A DNA stretch of 63,472 nucleotides, filler included, from Reclinomonas americana ATCC 50394 (Eukaryota), in the NCBI GenBank assembly GCA_048213135.1. It is 7 parts of 2 records of this genome, joined end to end, with 100 filler letters (N's around TTAATTAATTAA, not from the genome) between each part and the next. Parts side by side here need not be neighbours in the genome. Positions count along the whole stretch, not along the records: positions 35,985 to 46,488 come from PS015574.1; positions 46,589 to 54,542 come from PS015574.1; 5 more parts are not named here. One strand, 5' to 3'. Below are positions 36,425 through 49,871 of this stretch, piece after piece (positions within the stretch are counted from its first letter, which is position 1; each line of letters opens with the position of its first letter). The notes beneath the pieces are model-generated. The model was not told where the DNA came from. It saw only the letters and a list, made by a program, of their open reading frames with translations, and did not search any database. The translations under genes were made by a program, and so were the position numbers.

Positions 36425-39400
36425 ATGGCCAACACGGCGTCGCTTGCCAACAGCGTGATCAACCTGCTTGCGTTGCGCGAGGCCACGCGACATGAGCTCA
36501 TGGATGTGCTGGGCTCGGTGTGTGTGTGTGTGTGTTCCGCGCGCGCAAACATGTCTCTCTCTCTCTCTGTGACACTCTCTGCCTCTGTGCGTGTGTGCGC
36601 GTGCGTGCAGATGAATGGCAAGAAGGCGCTGATTCTCGACCCGCAACTCATTGGCCCGCTGGATCACATTGCGGAGGTTTCTCTGCTGCGAGTTGCGTCT
36701 GACAGACTTCTCCTTCCTCTTCCAGTCTCTCTCTCTCTCACTCTCTCTCTCTCTTTTGTGTGATTAGGAGAATGGAGTGGAGAGCATCTTCCGTTTGTCG
36801 CCTGAGCCGGTGCCGACGGATCTCAAGAATTTCCTGTACTTGGTGCGACCGCGCATGGAGCTCATGCGGGATATTGCGGCGCACATTCATGCGCATCAGG
36901 AGGCCGGCACGGCCTCGAATCGGTGTGTGGGAGAAGGAGGGGAAAGGGCGAGTAGAAGGCGGAAAGGGGAAAGGGGGAGCAAAGGGGGAAAGGCGGAAAT
37001 ATGTCTGTCTGTTCGAGCTGTCAGAGCTCTCGTGTCTGGAGAGAGAGAGAGAGAGCAAGAGAGACAGAGTTGAGGAGCAGCAAGGCTTGCATCTCATCCG
37101 CAACTCGCCATGCAGAGAGAGGGAGAGGAGGGGGGAAATACGTCTGTTCGAGCTGTCACAGTGGCTTGTGTCTCTCACCCGCAACTACTGACATTCGTGC
37201 GGAGAGAAAGAGCGAGAGAGGCTGAGTTGAGGAGCAGCAAGGCTTGCTGAGTGAGACTGCAGTCTTGTGCTTTATGCAACTCACCATGCGGAGAGAGAGA
37301 AGGCTCGAGGAAGACTGCAGTCTTGAGCCTCACAGCTGGAATAGTCGCAACATGCATTCAGTGCGTTGCAGAGAGTGAAGGACAGGAGCAGCTTTCCTTG
37401 CAGCTGAGAACGCATTCGCACGTTGATGACGACAACCATCTACACGATGCATGCTGTCGTGCAATCTAGCACTCTCTCTCTCTCTCTCTCTCTCTCTGTA
37501 TGTGTGTGTGCGTCTCTCTTTCTCTCTCCGCCCCCCCCACAGAGAGCGAGAGCGAGAGAGAGGGAGATACCTTGTACAGAAGCTGGGTCACTCTGGTTCA
37601 GGAGCGACAGGAGCGATCTGCGCCTTGCAGTCTCTCTTCCTCTCTCTCTCTCTTCCTCTCCCTCTCGCGCTCGTGCCTCTTCTCTTTCTCCCCTCTCTCT
37701 CCCTTTCTCGCTCTCCCTCTCCCTCTCCCTTTCTCCCTCTCTCCCTCCCCCTCCACTGACCTCTTGACTTGCATACACGCAGAAACTACTCGGTGTTCTT
37801 TGTGCCGCGTCGCACACTGATCTGCGAGCGCGTGCTGGAGGAGGAGGGTGTCTTTGGCAATATCCTTTTTTCCCCCACCAACCCATCCGTCTTCTGCGTT
37901 ATGATGTTATTCGTCCTTGACTCTGCTGTCTTTCTCTTCCCCTCGCTGCACGTGTGACGACTGGTGAGTTCAACATGACTTTCCTGCCGTTCGACGACGA
38001 CATTCTGTCGATGGAGTTGGAGAGCTCGTTCCGCGAGTGTTTCTTGGTGTGTTGACTCTCGCCTCTGACGCTGGTGTGTAGATGGATAACTCACGTGCGC
38101 GAATCGTGCAGGAGGGCGACCGCACCTCGTTGTACTACGTGGCGCGTGGCCTCGTGTCACTACAGCTGGTGTTTGGCACCATTCCACACATAAAAGCCAA
38201 AGGCGACTGCGCCAAGGTTTGTCTCTTCCTCCGCCACTACCACCACCTCCTCGTTGACTCATCGACCGATAACTCGGCGCAGCATGTGTATGATCTCATG
38301 ACGCGCATGAGAAAGGAGTCGCCGAGAGACGTGTTTGCTGCGCCACCAGAAATCGACTCACTGTTCCTGCTCGACCGCACCGTGGACATGACGACACCAC
38401 TCATCACGCAGCTGACATACGAGGGCCTCATTGATGAGATTTTCGGTGTCTCGCACGGCTACGTCGATATTGAGGTGCGATGACACAGTCATTGTATGCA
38501 CCTCTCTTGTATGTGCATGACCCTTGCCATCGGCCACAGGTGGAAGTGCCGATTGCTGATCCGGCGGCCGGCGGAGAGGGTGGCGAAGGCAGCAGCAGTG
38601 CGGCTTCGTCTGCCACACAGGTACGCGCCCAGATAATCCCGCCACCCTCTGTGGGGTTCACATCGTGCTGATAATCCCGTCGTGTGCACAGCGCAAGAAG
38701 CAAAAGATCCCGCTGAACTCGAACGACCGAGTGTTTGTCGACATCCGCGACCAGAACTTTGCCGCCGTCGGTGCCATCCTCAACCGCAAGGCCCTGTACA
38801 TCAACGAGAACTACGAGGCGCGGCATCGCGTGCAGACGGTCAGCGAGATTCGCGATTTCATGAAGCGCTTCCCCCACTTGCAAGAGGAGCACCGCTCTCT
38901 CGGCTGGCACATTCAGCTGGCGCAGCGCATCACCGAGGTCACCAACGAGAAGGACTTCCGACAGCACCTCTCCATCGAGCAAGGTACGACGAAGAGCAGC
39001 CGTTTTGCAGGAGTGTGGTTGTTTGTTGATTTACCAGCGCAGACATTATTCTGGGCGAGAACGAAAAGGCGGTGCAGGAGTACATTGAGGAGCTGATCAA
39101 CAAGAGTGACCCGCTTTCACGCGTGCTGCGCCTGCTGTGCTTGTGGTCGGTGGTCAGCAACGGTCTGAAGCCCAAGGTGTTTGACTCGTTCCGCAAGGAG
39201 ATCATGCAGGTCAGTTGAAGAACATGAGGGAGTATTGTTGCCACTGCCTGTCTTCTGTGGCTGACTGGTGTTGTGATGTGCACAGTCGTACGGCTACGAG
39301 ACCGTGTTGACGTTGTACAATCTGGAGAAAATGGGTCTGCTGCGGCGGCAAGAAGCGTGCGTGTGCTCTGTTTCTCGTGTCTTGTGGTTTCCCGCAGCTG

Positions 39401-40483
39401 ACTTTGGTCCCCTCGGTAGTCGCACCAACTGGAGCGCCATTCGCCGCTCGATGCGTCTGATTGTGGAGCGCAGCGATGATCAGCACCCGACGGACATCTC
39501 ATACGTGTGCTCGGGATACGCGCCGCTCTCATGTCGCATCATTGAGAGCACATTCGGCGCCGGCGGTTTCAGCAGCATCATGGACACGCTGCGTGCGCTG
39601 CCGGGTGCGATTGTGCAGGAGAACCAGGAGCTGCCACCGAGCATTGTACGCCCTGGTGAGTGGAACGTGTTTTGTTGCGAGCGTAGAGTGGAGAGACACA
39701 CAGGCTGACCACTGCTGATGGTGCAGGTGAGGCCATTGCACAAACCGGTGTCGGTCGCCAGCGCAAGGTGGTGCTGGTCATGTTTATCGGCGGCGTCACC
39801 TTTGCCGAGATTTCCGCACTGCGATTCATCAGCCGGCAAGAGGATTGTTGCGTCTCTCTTTCTCCCATCAATCATTTCTCAGTCGTGCACGCTCGCGCTC
39901 TCCCTCTTGTGTGAGAAAGGCAGAGAGAGTGTGTGTGTGTGTCTCTGTGTGCGTGTGGCTCTCCGTGTTTCCCTCCTTCCCTCTCCTTGTTGTCGCTATT
40001 GCGTTTCTCTTACTTCTCGTTGCCCGCCTTCACTTTCTTGTTGCTGTTCTTCTACTTCGTTGCTCCTGCTCCTCCTCCTTGTCCTCCTCCTCCCTCTCTT
40101 GTTTTTCTTGTTCTTCATATTTTGCGCCTGCCTCTTATTCCTTCTCCCTCTCCTCTTTTTCTTCTTGTACATCTTCAAGCTCTTGCTCTCCTTCCTCCTC
40201 CTTTTCTTCGTCTTCTTCTTCTACTCCTCCATCTTCTCTTTCCTCTTCTTCATCTTGTTCTTCATCATTTGCTCCTGCTTCTTGTTCTCCTCGTTTTCTT
40301 CTTGCCGTCTTCCTCGTTCCTCTCCTCTTCATCCTCCTCCTTCTCTTCTTATTCTCCCCCTCCTTTCCTCCTTGTCCTTCCCCTCCTCCTTCCTCCACTA
40401 TGCGCTCACTCGCGCACTCCGCAGCCAACGTGGACTTTATCATTGCCACTACCAAGTTGATTTCCGGTACGTCATTCTGTGAG

Positions 40484-40518
<35 letters not shown>

Positions 40519-40619
40519 GAGGGCCCACTGGCACTGACCCTACACATCGACAATACACAGGCAAGTCACTGATGCACTCGATGTACGAGAACGTCGGCAA
40601 CATGATGACGCGCGGCTGA
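36425..40619 (+). CDS. VPS33: Sec1/Munc18-family HOPS/CORVET subunit VPS33
   Basis: GKKALILDPQLIGPL, YLVRP, VFFVPRRTLICERVLEEEGV, FLPFDDDILSME, LLDRTVDMTTPLITQLTYEGLIDE, IRDQNFAAVG, DISYVCSGYAPLS, VMFIGGVTFAEISALRF. Confidence 0.95.
37860..37951 (+). other. U12-type (minor spliceosome) AT-AC intron in VPS33
   Basis: 5' end ATATCCTTTT, branch site TCCTTGAC at 37914-37921, 3' end CTGCAC. Removing it yields EEEGVFG-S-VTTGEFNMTFLPFDDD and eliminates the in-frame TGA. Confidence 0.9.
39960..40400. repeat. Low-complexity (TCC/TTC)n pyrimidine tract within a 578-nt VPS33 intron
   Basis: Nearly purine-free stretch between the donor at 39847 and the acceptor at 40424. Confidence 0.85.
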
Positions 40620-40836
40620 GTCGAGGAGAAGATATTCCGAGCGACCTCGGTGGGGGTCCATCATCCGCCTCACCTCAATGAAAAAAATCAACAAAAAAGA
40701 CGGCACTGAGGGGCGAAAGAGGGGAATACAAGCAAGCAAAAAAAAACACCACAAAGACGACCAGGTGTTATACTAGCACACACCGCACATGTATAGAAAA
40801 GCAACGTGCGTGACAACTCTCACTCTCATCGTCTCT

Positions 40837-41064
40837 TTAACGGGCGCCCGGTGCGCCGCCACCCGTGGCCATGAAAAAGTCATCGTCGGCCACCACACCT
40901 GCTAGTGAGGCCGAGGCACCGCCACTGCCGCTCCCTGAGCCCCCGGGCAGACCCGTGGCATCCTCAAACGACCCCGCGTTGATCAGCAGTGCCTCGCCCG
41001 TCTCGTGCGACTCGGCGTGCTCCTTCATCTTTTGCTCACCAAATGCCGTGCTCAAGCTCGACAG
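40837..41064 (-). CDS. Probable last exon of a small unknown gene
   Basis: cacgcag|LSSLSTAFGEQKMKEHAESHETGEALLINAGSFEDATG...GAR*. Upstream donors exist, but I could not build a confident model. Confidence 0.4.
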   Translation of the reverse strand: MSSLSTAFGEQKMKEHAESHETGEALLINAGSFEDATGLPGGSGSGSGGASASLAGVVADDDFFMATGGGAPGAR

Positions 41065-41822
41065 CTGCGTGTGTGTGTGTGAGTGTGTTGGTGATGGCGC
41101 GTAACAGCACTCTCTTCGCTCTTGTGTGTGTGTGCGCGTGTTCAGTGAGAGAAGTGATGCGTGTGGCTGAGTGACAGGTGTGTGCATAGAGAGAGTGTGT
41201 GTGAATGTGCGCGTGTGATGGAGAAGATGCGTGCCAAAATGAGTGAGTGCACCAGTTGCTCAGAAAACGAAACCACAAAAGCACACTCACACTCGTGCGC
41301 CGCTCTGTGTGTGTGTGTGTGTGTGTGTATGTGATGGAGACGAACCTGTCCCATGGGTGTGCCACCTGGGCCAAGGCTCGTTCCAGTCAGATCCATCTCT
41401 GCGCGCGTTTTGACAACTGTGATCACAATCAACTCCGGGACACCAATCAATCGCCAACCTGTCCCGGTCTTCGCTGTGTTGTGCACTGGGTTGACCAGCA
41501 GTCCTATTGTGTGACTGATGCAAATGTGGGAGGAGATACGAAAAGCGGGAAAGCGGCTGCGAGGAGCTTGAACATGATCGACGTCGACGTCGTGCATGCC
41601 CGCGGACCACGCTTGCTCACAAAAACGCAGCAAGCTTACCCACTCATCCATGGCGACAACGGACGCACAAAGGCAATCAGCTGCAGAGAGAAAGCACTCG
41701 GACATCATTGCGCGTCCTGTGACGCAACTTTTTGACTGCCCAGTGTGCCGCGTGTGTTTCTCTCCCTCCCTCAACCAGCCTCCCTATCTCTCTATCCATC
41801 TCTCCTACCTGCACATCCTACC

Positions 41823-44512
41823 ATGTTCTCCTACCGTCCGCCCGCTGTGCTGGGCGGAGTGGAGGCAGCCGCCGCGCCTCCGGCCATTGCGCGCCACGCA
41901 CAGCAAGCACACGGCAATGGAACAGGAGGAGCAGGAACAGGAGGACGCACACACACTCGTTCCGTGTCCGCCGGACCCACCGTTCCCGTCACAGAACCCA
42001 CGATTCCCGCCCCGGTTCATCACAATGCGAGCAGCGATGAGTTGCTGCCGCCCGAACACACACCGCCGCGCGCGGTGCAGTCCACCACTGCCGCCAACCG
42101 CTCCACTCCACCACCGAGGTCGTCGGCCAGACAGAAGCGCCATGGCAGCTTCCATAAGCGCACAGAGATCTCTGGAACATCGCCCCCCGAGCTGTTTGGT
42201 GAGTGACGCAGACAGAAGGAGAGTGTGTGTTGCCAGAGAGTGGCTCATTGAGTGCTGCGCGTGTAGACTTGGAGGTGTTCAAGATGGAGGAACTGCGCAC
42301 GAGGGACCTGCGCATTCCGCGGCACGATCCGGCGTTGCGCAGCTCTGTGGGCTCCTCGTCGAGTCACGCCACGGGCGACGAGCAGCGTGATGGTGACACG
42401 CAGCATCAGTTCTCGTCTAGTTCGTCGTCGACGCTGTCGGGTGATTTGGGATCGTCGTCGGGTATGCTGTTTGCTTTTGAGGCACCACTGTTTGCGTCTT
42501 TTTTTGCTCATCTTTCTTGTCAGAGTTGCAAACGGCCTCGATTGCCGCTGATGTGGCCACGCATGTGCCGGTGCTGCCGTCGCGCCGCGCCACACTCACC
42601 ACCAGGCCTCGCAGTGCCTCGAAACTCACCACGCTGCTGCGCAACTCGGTGAGGGAGACAGATTGACACGCGACGCTTTCTTGTATCTCGGTACTGATAC
42701 GTGTGTGTGTGCACGCATGCAGAGTGTTCGCGTGTCCATTTTCCTCCAGTTCGGCTCGGCAGCCGTGCCGATTGCGACCACGGCCGGGGCCGCCGCAGCG
42801 GTGTCATTGTCCGGCAGCATGGGGTCGCCGCTGCATATGCAACCGCCACCAGCGTCCACCACCACAACGACAACCACCACCACCACCACCGCGGCGGCGC
42901 CACCATCAGGAATCGATGGGCTTCCCGAGATCCCACCTCACATTTTGGCCATGATGCAACGTGCGGCACCGCGGAATCAAAAGGCCGCCTCCAAGCCCAA
43001 CGTCAAGGTCGATGTGAGTGCCAACACCACGGTGGAGATGTTGATTCAAGAGGCGCTGCGGGAGTGCGTACGGCGGTCGATTCCACACCCCACCTTCTCG
43101 TCGTACAAGGCATACCTGCTGCGAATGGCCGACGACGAGGGTGAAGCAGAGGAGGAATTCGATCCGTTTGACTACACGCGCGTCGTGTCGAGGCTGGGCG
43201 TCAAGACATTCGTGCTGTGCATGAACCCCAAGTATGTCCCCGAACCAGGTACCGTGCTGAGCTTGCGTCTATGCACCGGAATGCGTGTTTGTGTGTACGA
43301 CAAGTGTTTCACCCTCGTTATCCAATCCGCAGAACCCGTCCCCGACCTGGCCATCGAAGATGACGACGCGCATTCGTCGACATTCAAGGCCAGGTGTACG
43401 TACGGCCTCGGCGACATTTGTATTTTTGTACATATCTTCACAGGTTTGTGCACTGAAGAGAGTGTGTGTGCGTCACTTGTCACCCCCTCACATTCCCATC
43501 TCGCCCCTCCACAGGCAACTCGGACCATCCGAGCGACCGCAAGCGCATGTTTGTACCACCGGATCTATTGATGAAAAACCTGCTGGATTTCCTGGCCTCC
43601 AACCTTGGCGTCGATCCGGCACGGTGTACGCTGGCTGAATGGCAGCCGGAGCCTCTTCCACGACCAGCATCGCCTGGTGGTGCACTAGGTTCACGCTCAG
43701 CTCCGGCCTCCACCACGGCCGCGCTGGACACAGCGTCGAGGAGGTTTGTGGGGCGCGCCGTCGACATTCCGCCCACCGACATGGAGAAAACCATGCGGCA
43801 AATCAGTGCCGGCGAGTTCAAGCTTGTCACGCAAGATGGTACCGTGCTTGTATTGAGATAGAAAGAGGAGCTGTTGGGTAACTGACGGCTTGCGTGTGCT
43901 CAGCGTTGCCGTCGGAGGAGATTGACATTCAGGGTGCGTTGCAGTCGTACTTCTTCTCCGAGTTCAGCGCCAGCCAGTACACGGATTACACGCTGGTCAA
44001 GATCAACAAGTACGGCATGCGACAGGAGCGTGTACTGGGCATTGATCGCGACAAGATCTACAACGATGTGCCGAGTGCCGACAAGACCTTTGTGTCGAGG
44101 AAAAAGACGAAGAAGGTGTGTGTGTGGTCGGTCCCTCGTTGCCGTCGCCACCTGTTGTCTCACCATGCCACAGCCGGAGCGCCTCATCCGCGACATTGTC
44201 GACGTGTACATTGTCGACGAGAAGCCGCGATACTTTGTAATGACACTGCGCCAGTCGAACAGCACCAAGGAGCAGATGTTGTTGTACGAGACGCACGGCG
44301 AGGCAGAATGCGGTTGCGTTTCGCATCGGCGGTGCATGCCCGCTCGCACACAGCCAGCTCACTCCCTTGCTTATGTGTGCACAGCCGAAGTCGTGGCCAA
44401 GCTGAGATACCTGATGGGCGTGCACACACCACACTTGCGGCTACAGGCGTCGGCCGGTCTTCCCCGAAAAAAGGCACAAGGCCGAATCGCCTCACTGATC
44501 GCCAAACCGTGA
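41823..44512 (+). CDS. MAPKAP1: TORC2 subunit SIN1/Avo1/RIP3 (CRIM, Ras-binding and PH domains); start uncertain
   Basis: SKLTTLL; CRIM AYLLRMADDEGEAEEEFDPFDYTRVVSRLGVKTFVL; PH YTDYTLVKINKYGMRQERVLGIDRDKIYN...AEVVAKLRYL. Confidence 0.85.
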
Positions 44513-44730
44513 CGAAGCGACAGCTTTGAAAACCGTGGTGCGGTGTGCGGTGCAACGCGAGAGTGCAAGCGCAAGGGAAGGGGGGAGTGAAAAACGAATT
44601 GTATAACAAGTCCTGCATCGCATTGCATTAGCAACCTCCTCCTCCTCACACGCACGCACGCGAACCGTCGTTGCTCTCCACCTTCTCACTCTGAAGTGCG
44701 TGCTGGGGGGTAGCATCCTGACCGTCAGCG

Positions 44731-46488
44731 ATGCTGAAGCCGTGGGAGTGGTTCAGACCGTTTGATTGGCTGGTTCTTGGTCAAGTGGTGCGCTCGCTGA
44801 TCAACACACACAAGCGCGCGCACGCACACACACTTACCTTCCACATGCACACGCACACGCACGCAGATCTACAGCGCTGTGACACTGGCCTCGTGGAGAG
44901 ATGGACTGGGTGAGTTGGAAGCGCACACACCATTGGCGGCCACCTGATGAGTGTCTGACCTCATACTTGTCTGTCTGTGTCTCTGTGTATATGCGCAGGA
45001 GGAGTTGGTGTTGGTTTGCTCGCTCTCAGCTTTGTCGGTGTGTTTGTGGCCTTCAAGGCGCGTCAGGCCTCGCGAGGACGCGCACTCGAGTTTCCACTGG
45101 AGAAGGCGCTGGTCGCATCGTTTCGTGTGTAGAAGAAGAAGGATCGACAGTGTGTGTGATGCTAATGGTTGCTGCGAGTAGGCATCTAGCATGCGTCGTT
45201 CTCAGTCTGTTCCTGGCCGGCATTGCGCTGCTGATGTCGGCGGCGTTTGTGGCCAAGTGTCACTCGCACAATGAGCACAGTGATGAGGTCTCTCTCTCTC
45301 TCCTCCTCCTCCTCTCGCTTTCTGCCTCCAAACAGTGCTTCACTGACCCTCCACTGCACACAGAGTACTGCGTTTTCGGTGCAAGTGTTGCACATGGACT
45401 ACTCGGTGCGATTGCCAATGATGCAGTATTGTTGTGTGGTTGACTTGTCTGCTGACTGGCGTTGTATCTGCAGTGCGGCGCCTTTGAGGGTAGATTCGAG
45501 TACTTTGAGGTCATCTGGGCCTGTATCGGCATTGGATGGATGGTGCGCTGCGCACGGAGTGAATGCTGTTGTCGTCAAGAGAGGACTGACAGCGTGAATG
45601 CTGCTGCTGCTGCTGCAGATCGTGTCGCTAATCTTCAACATCTTTTATCTGCGGCAAGTGCAAGCAGGTGCGCGGCTGATGCGATCGAATGTGTGTCGTG
45701 CAGTCGCTGACACACAGTTGCAGATATCGACAGCGGTGCGACCCGAGCGCACCCGTTCCAGCTGTCGAGCAGTCGTGCGAAAGTGGTGATTCGAGAGAAA
45801 TCACACGCGCTGCTGATCGTCGCCGTGGCACACACGGTGTGTACATGGCGTCTCGGCGGAAATGATGCACCGCATGGTTTCTCACTTGTGCTGCGACAGT
45901 TCTTTGGTGTGCTGTGTTCGCTCGATTGGCAGAGCGGTTATGCACCAGCCGGGTTCGCACTGGTGTTGTTCGGCCTCATCGGCATCTACGCGTGTCGAGT
46001 GTCGACCACGGGCGACATTGCCGAGTCGCGCGGCTACATCAATGTGTTGCGTGGGCACCACTGCTTGTCATTTGTTGAACCCAGCTGGCTCATCATGTTG
46101 ACTGATGCAGCTATTTTGTATGCTGCGTGACCACGCTGTTCGTGGTGCTCGTCATGTCGCCGACCACACTGATGCGCTGGCGAGTGTGCCAAGACTTTGC
46201 CGAGGCCAAACTCACGTCCGACGTGCCGCCGGGCTCGGAAAGCAGCACGCCAGTCGAGGGACACAGCGCCAGTACTCCTGCCTCGTCCAGTTCTCGACGA
46301 CGCCCTGCGCCTCGCGGTGGCGGTGGATCCGAATTAGATATACCCGAAGTGGAACACAACGGGTACGCCAATGTGCTCGGCCGTCCGCTCGACTGCAGGC
46401 ACAGTACACGTGTGCTGGACGCCCTCAGTGCCGTGTCGGCATTCGTTCTCGTGTTTGTGATGGTGTGTGATACTGCTGCGTGCACCAA
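44731..46488 (+). CDS. Multi-pass membrane protein of unknown family (3' truncated)
   Basis: Short exons encode several hydrophobic helices (LACVVLSLFLAGIALLMSAAF, IVSLIFNIFYL, FALVLFGLIGIYAC, YFVCCVTTLFVVLVM). Confidence 0.6.
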
Positions 46489-46588
46489 NNNNNNNNNNNN
46501 NNNNNNNNNNNNNNNNNNNNNNNNNNNNNNNNTTAATTAATTAANNNNNNNNNNNNNNNNNNNNNNNNNNNNNNNNNNNNNNNNNNNN

Positions 46589-49500
46589 AACCGGAGCGGG
46601 ATCGCGTGCCGGACGATGGGCGGACAGGTTCATCACTTGCCTGCGGCGCGGGCACTTCAAGATCCTGCGCTGCCTCGCCCTCGTGCTCAGTGACAAACTC
46701 TTCGACGCCCTGCTGCTGCTGCTGCTGCTCGTCGACTTCTGGCATAGCAGCTTCCTGTGCCTCCACAGTCTCCACATCGGGCTGCGGTGGCATGGCGGCA
46801 ATGTCGTACACAGACGAGCCACCACCGCCCATGTCGACTGAAACATCGGAGAAGGATGAGGAGCCACCGCCGCCACCACCACCAGCCTGCTCGAGTGACA
46901 CAAAGGGAAACAGGCGCTCGGCCAGCGACTGTACCGTAAAGTTCGGCGCCCGCACATATGTCAGGAACTCGGAAAACAACTGCGAAGCAGCGAGGCTCAT
47001 GAGTCCTTGTCAAGCGGGCGCTGCTTGCGAGCAAAAAAAACCAGTACACGCACCAAAAACTTGCGATTGTCGACGTGTGTCCATCCGAGTGCTCCGTTTG
47101 TTCTTCTCTCCGCAAACTGCCACGAGAGCCGCGTGAGCAGGCAATAATGACACGACAATCGAGAGCGCCAACGCACCAGCATGCCCAAGTAAGAGAGCAG
47201 AGCCAAATCTTGCTCTCCAGATAATGCCGTACCGCTCTCCGCCAGCGAAACCAGCGCCTCTATATCTCTCCGAATGCTGCGCACAAGGCTGGGTGATGAT
47301 GCTGGTCGCCGGCAGGGCGCGACAATGTAAGAGATGAAGAAACGCACCTGTCCACCAGCGGATGTGCGGCCAGAGGATGCGAGGAAAGGTAGGAGATGCG
47401 ATCGCGAAGAACGGCCTTGGTTTGTTCGGGTGTCCACACGCCACCGGTGGCCAGCTGCGGAATGGAAGAATGAGGGGCATGATGTGTACTTACACGGATA
47501 GAGGGGGAATGCAAACGCACCTCGCCCAACAGTGCCGACAACTCCATACGGCAGTACAGAGCCTGTGCATCCTGGTTGGCCTGCGACATGGGCGACGGCC
47601 AGATCGGGTGTGTGCCGACCCACTTGTACGACGAGGTCTCGCACGTGTACACATTGTAGTACTGCAGCGCGATCTGTACTCTCATCTGGTGATCCTCCGA
47701 CTGCTGGAAGCCACCGAAACGCTCCTCCAATACGGCCTCTGTTGCATCAAGTGAGCGAGTGTGCGCGTGAGTGTCGAAGCCGACGGAAACATTGCCACTC
47801 ACTCACCATCGAGTGCAAACACCACATCCTTGGGCTGCGGGAGGCGAGGAGGTTACGGAAACGCCGCTGCAACAACGACAACAATGTGCTGCTGCCTCAC
47901 CTCATTCACACCAACATCGCCGATCGAGACACGGAATGTGTCCTCACCAATCTTGTGCACGGGGTAGCTCGTCCACACTTGCTTCACATGGAAGTTCGAC
48001 AGACCCTGCAGCGTGCATTGTCAGCATCCGGGAGAGCACGTACGACATGACGCCTTCCACACGCCACCTTGACGATAATCGTAGCGCCTCGGGCGAGAAT
48101 GTCCACACAGTCGCACAGACAATCCAAAAACGGCAGCGGGAAGTCTGCGCGTGTGAAACAATCACGAGTCAGCACTGGGGAAACAACAGCGGGCGTGCAC
48201 CTGTGCGTGCCCAACCTGAGTTGACGTCGAGGGTATGATACAATCGACCTCCCATTCGCTTCGTGAGCGATCTGCAGCGATACACAACAAATGAGAAGAA
48301 TGCAGTCGCCATCTGTTCTGCGCTTTCCCTCGCACCTCAAAAAAGCAACATCCACATTGTTGCCGAGGGCACAAGCGTGCAGCGAAAAGAATCGCCGACA
48401 GCCCGACAGTGCCTTTTGCACCTCATCAAACATCAGTTGCCTGAAAGCGTCACATGTGAGTGAGTGAAGCGAAAAGTGAACAAGTTGGCGGTTTCTGCTC
48501 TCACTTTTCCTGCGCCGACAGCACTTGCGGTCCGCTGGTGATCACAATAATGTTGGAGACGGCTCCAGCCAATCTGCGGGTCCACAACACTCACTCAGTT
48601 GACCTCTACCGACGAGGGGGAAACAGCATTTCCATCACACACACCCGCCATGCTCCTGCATCTCAAAAATGGCCTTGCTAACTCCGTCCCAGAAGCGCCT
48701 GCTGTACTTGGCCTGCAGCGCATTGATAGACTTCATCAAGCTTGCCTGCGCGCAAAGCAACTCAGCCTTGAGAGAGCGATCGCTACGATGAGGAGATCGA
48801 AAATCACGCACCCTGCACGATCCAACCGCAGCCATCGGCTGCAGCATCTCCACAGTACTCCCAAACGACAGCAACGCCACACGATCTTCGTCGCGCAGTG
48901 TGCTCACAGTGAAGCGCAGCCACTGCTTGGCCAGCTCCATGTGCCGTCCCTCCATGCCTTGCGATCGATCTGTCGTCATCGCAACGACTGAGGCGCAAGA
49001 GAAAGAAACACGCCAGTGGATGTGATAAACAAACGCACCAACAGCAAACACAAACTCTTGCGGCGGCGGCTCAATCAGCTCCGAGATCACCGCCCGCACA
49101 CTGCACGTGTACACGCCCTGCCCCGAGTACCCATACGCGCTCATCTGCGGCATACTGACCGGATCGACCTCACCAACGTGCGGCGCCAGGTTGAGCCCTC
49201 CGTTCGACATCACCGTCGACGGCGTACCCGCCGAGTGCGTACTGAACGGCCGACTCGCCGCCGACTTGCTCTTCTTCTTGCGCTGCGACCATCAGAACTC
49301 AAAATCAATCACTGTTGTTGCACACACACAGAGAGAGCGAGCCAAAGACAGAGAGAGAGACTGACCACATGCCCAGCAGACATGGAGGCGCGCGGCTGGC
49401 GGTCGTCTGGCTGCGGCACCGACATGAAACCGCCGGCAGGCACTGTCAAGGGCGGTGGTGCGCCTGGCGCGCCACTCACTGGTCTGTACAGCTTGGGAGG

Positions 49501-49746
49501 CACATGGAAGCCGCCTCCGACAAACACACGGCGCACATGCACAGCGGTCTCGGGGTCAAAGTACTGCGGGAACGAACTGCCTCCGTTGCTGACAGTGGCA
49601 CTGCCGGCGCGTGGCGGCGAGGCTCCGCCTCCTCCTCCTCCTCCCCCTGTGGATGAGGCAGCACCTCCACTGCCAGCGCGACGATGGGTCCCTGCGCCTG
49701 CTGAGGACTGGCGCTGCGGGCTGCCACCTCGTGACACTGTCGACAT
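46589..49746 (-). CDS. von Willebrand factor A domain protein (3' truncated)
   Basis: Spliced EFVFAV|DRSQGMEGRHMELAKQWLRFTVSTLRDEDRVALLSFGS, SNIIVITSG, LHACALGNNVDVAFL...IAHEANG. Confidence 0.75.
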
Positions 49747-49871
49747 TGCGCGGATCGAACGTTTTGCTTGCGTGCTCGCGTGTGTTTTACAGAAACGCGC
49801 GTTATGTATTTCTTCTTTTTTTCTTCTTGGTTGCTCATTGGTCTCTTTACGTGCCTCTCGATCCTAGTCTC

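Noticed and set aside
39718..40537. F/L/S-rich 'membrane protein' ORFs and an E-rich antisense ORF
   Set aside because: They are translations of a low-complexity VPS33 intron.
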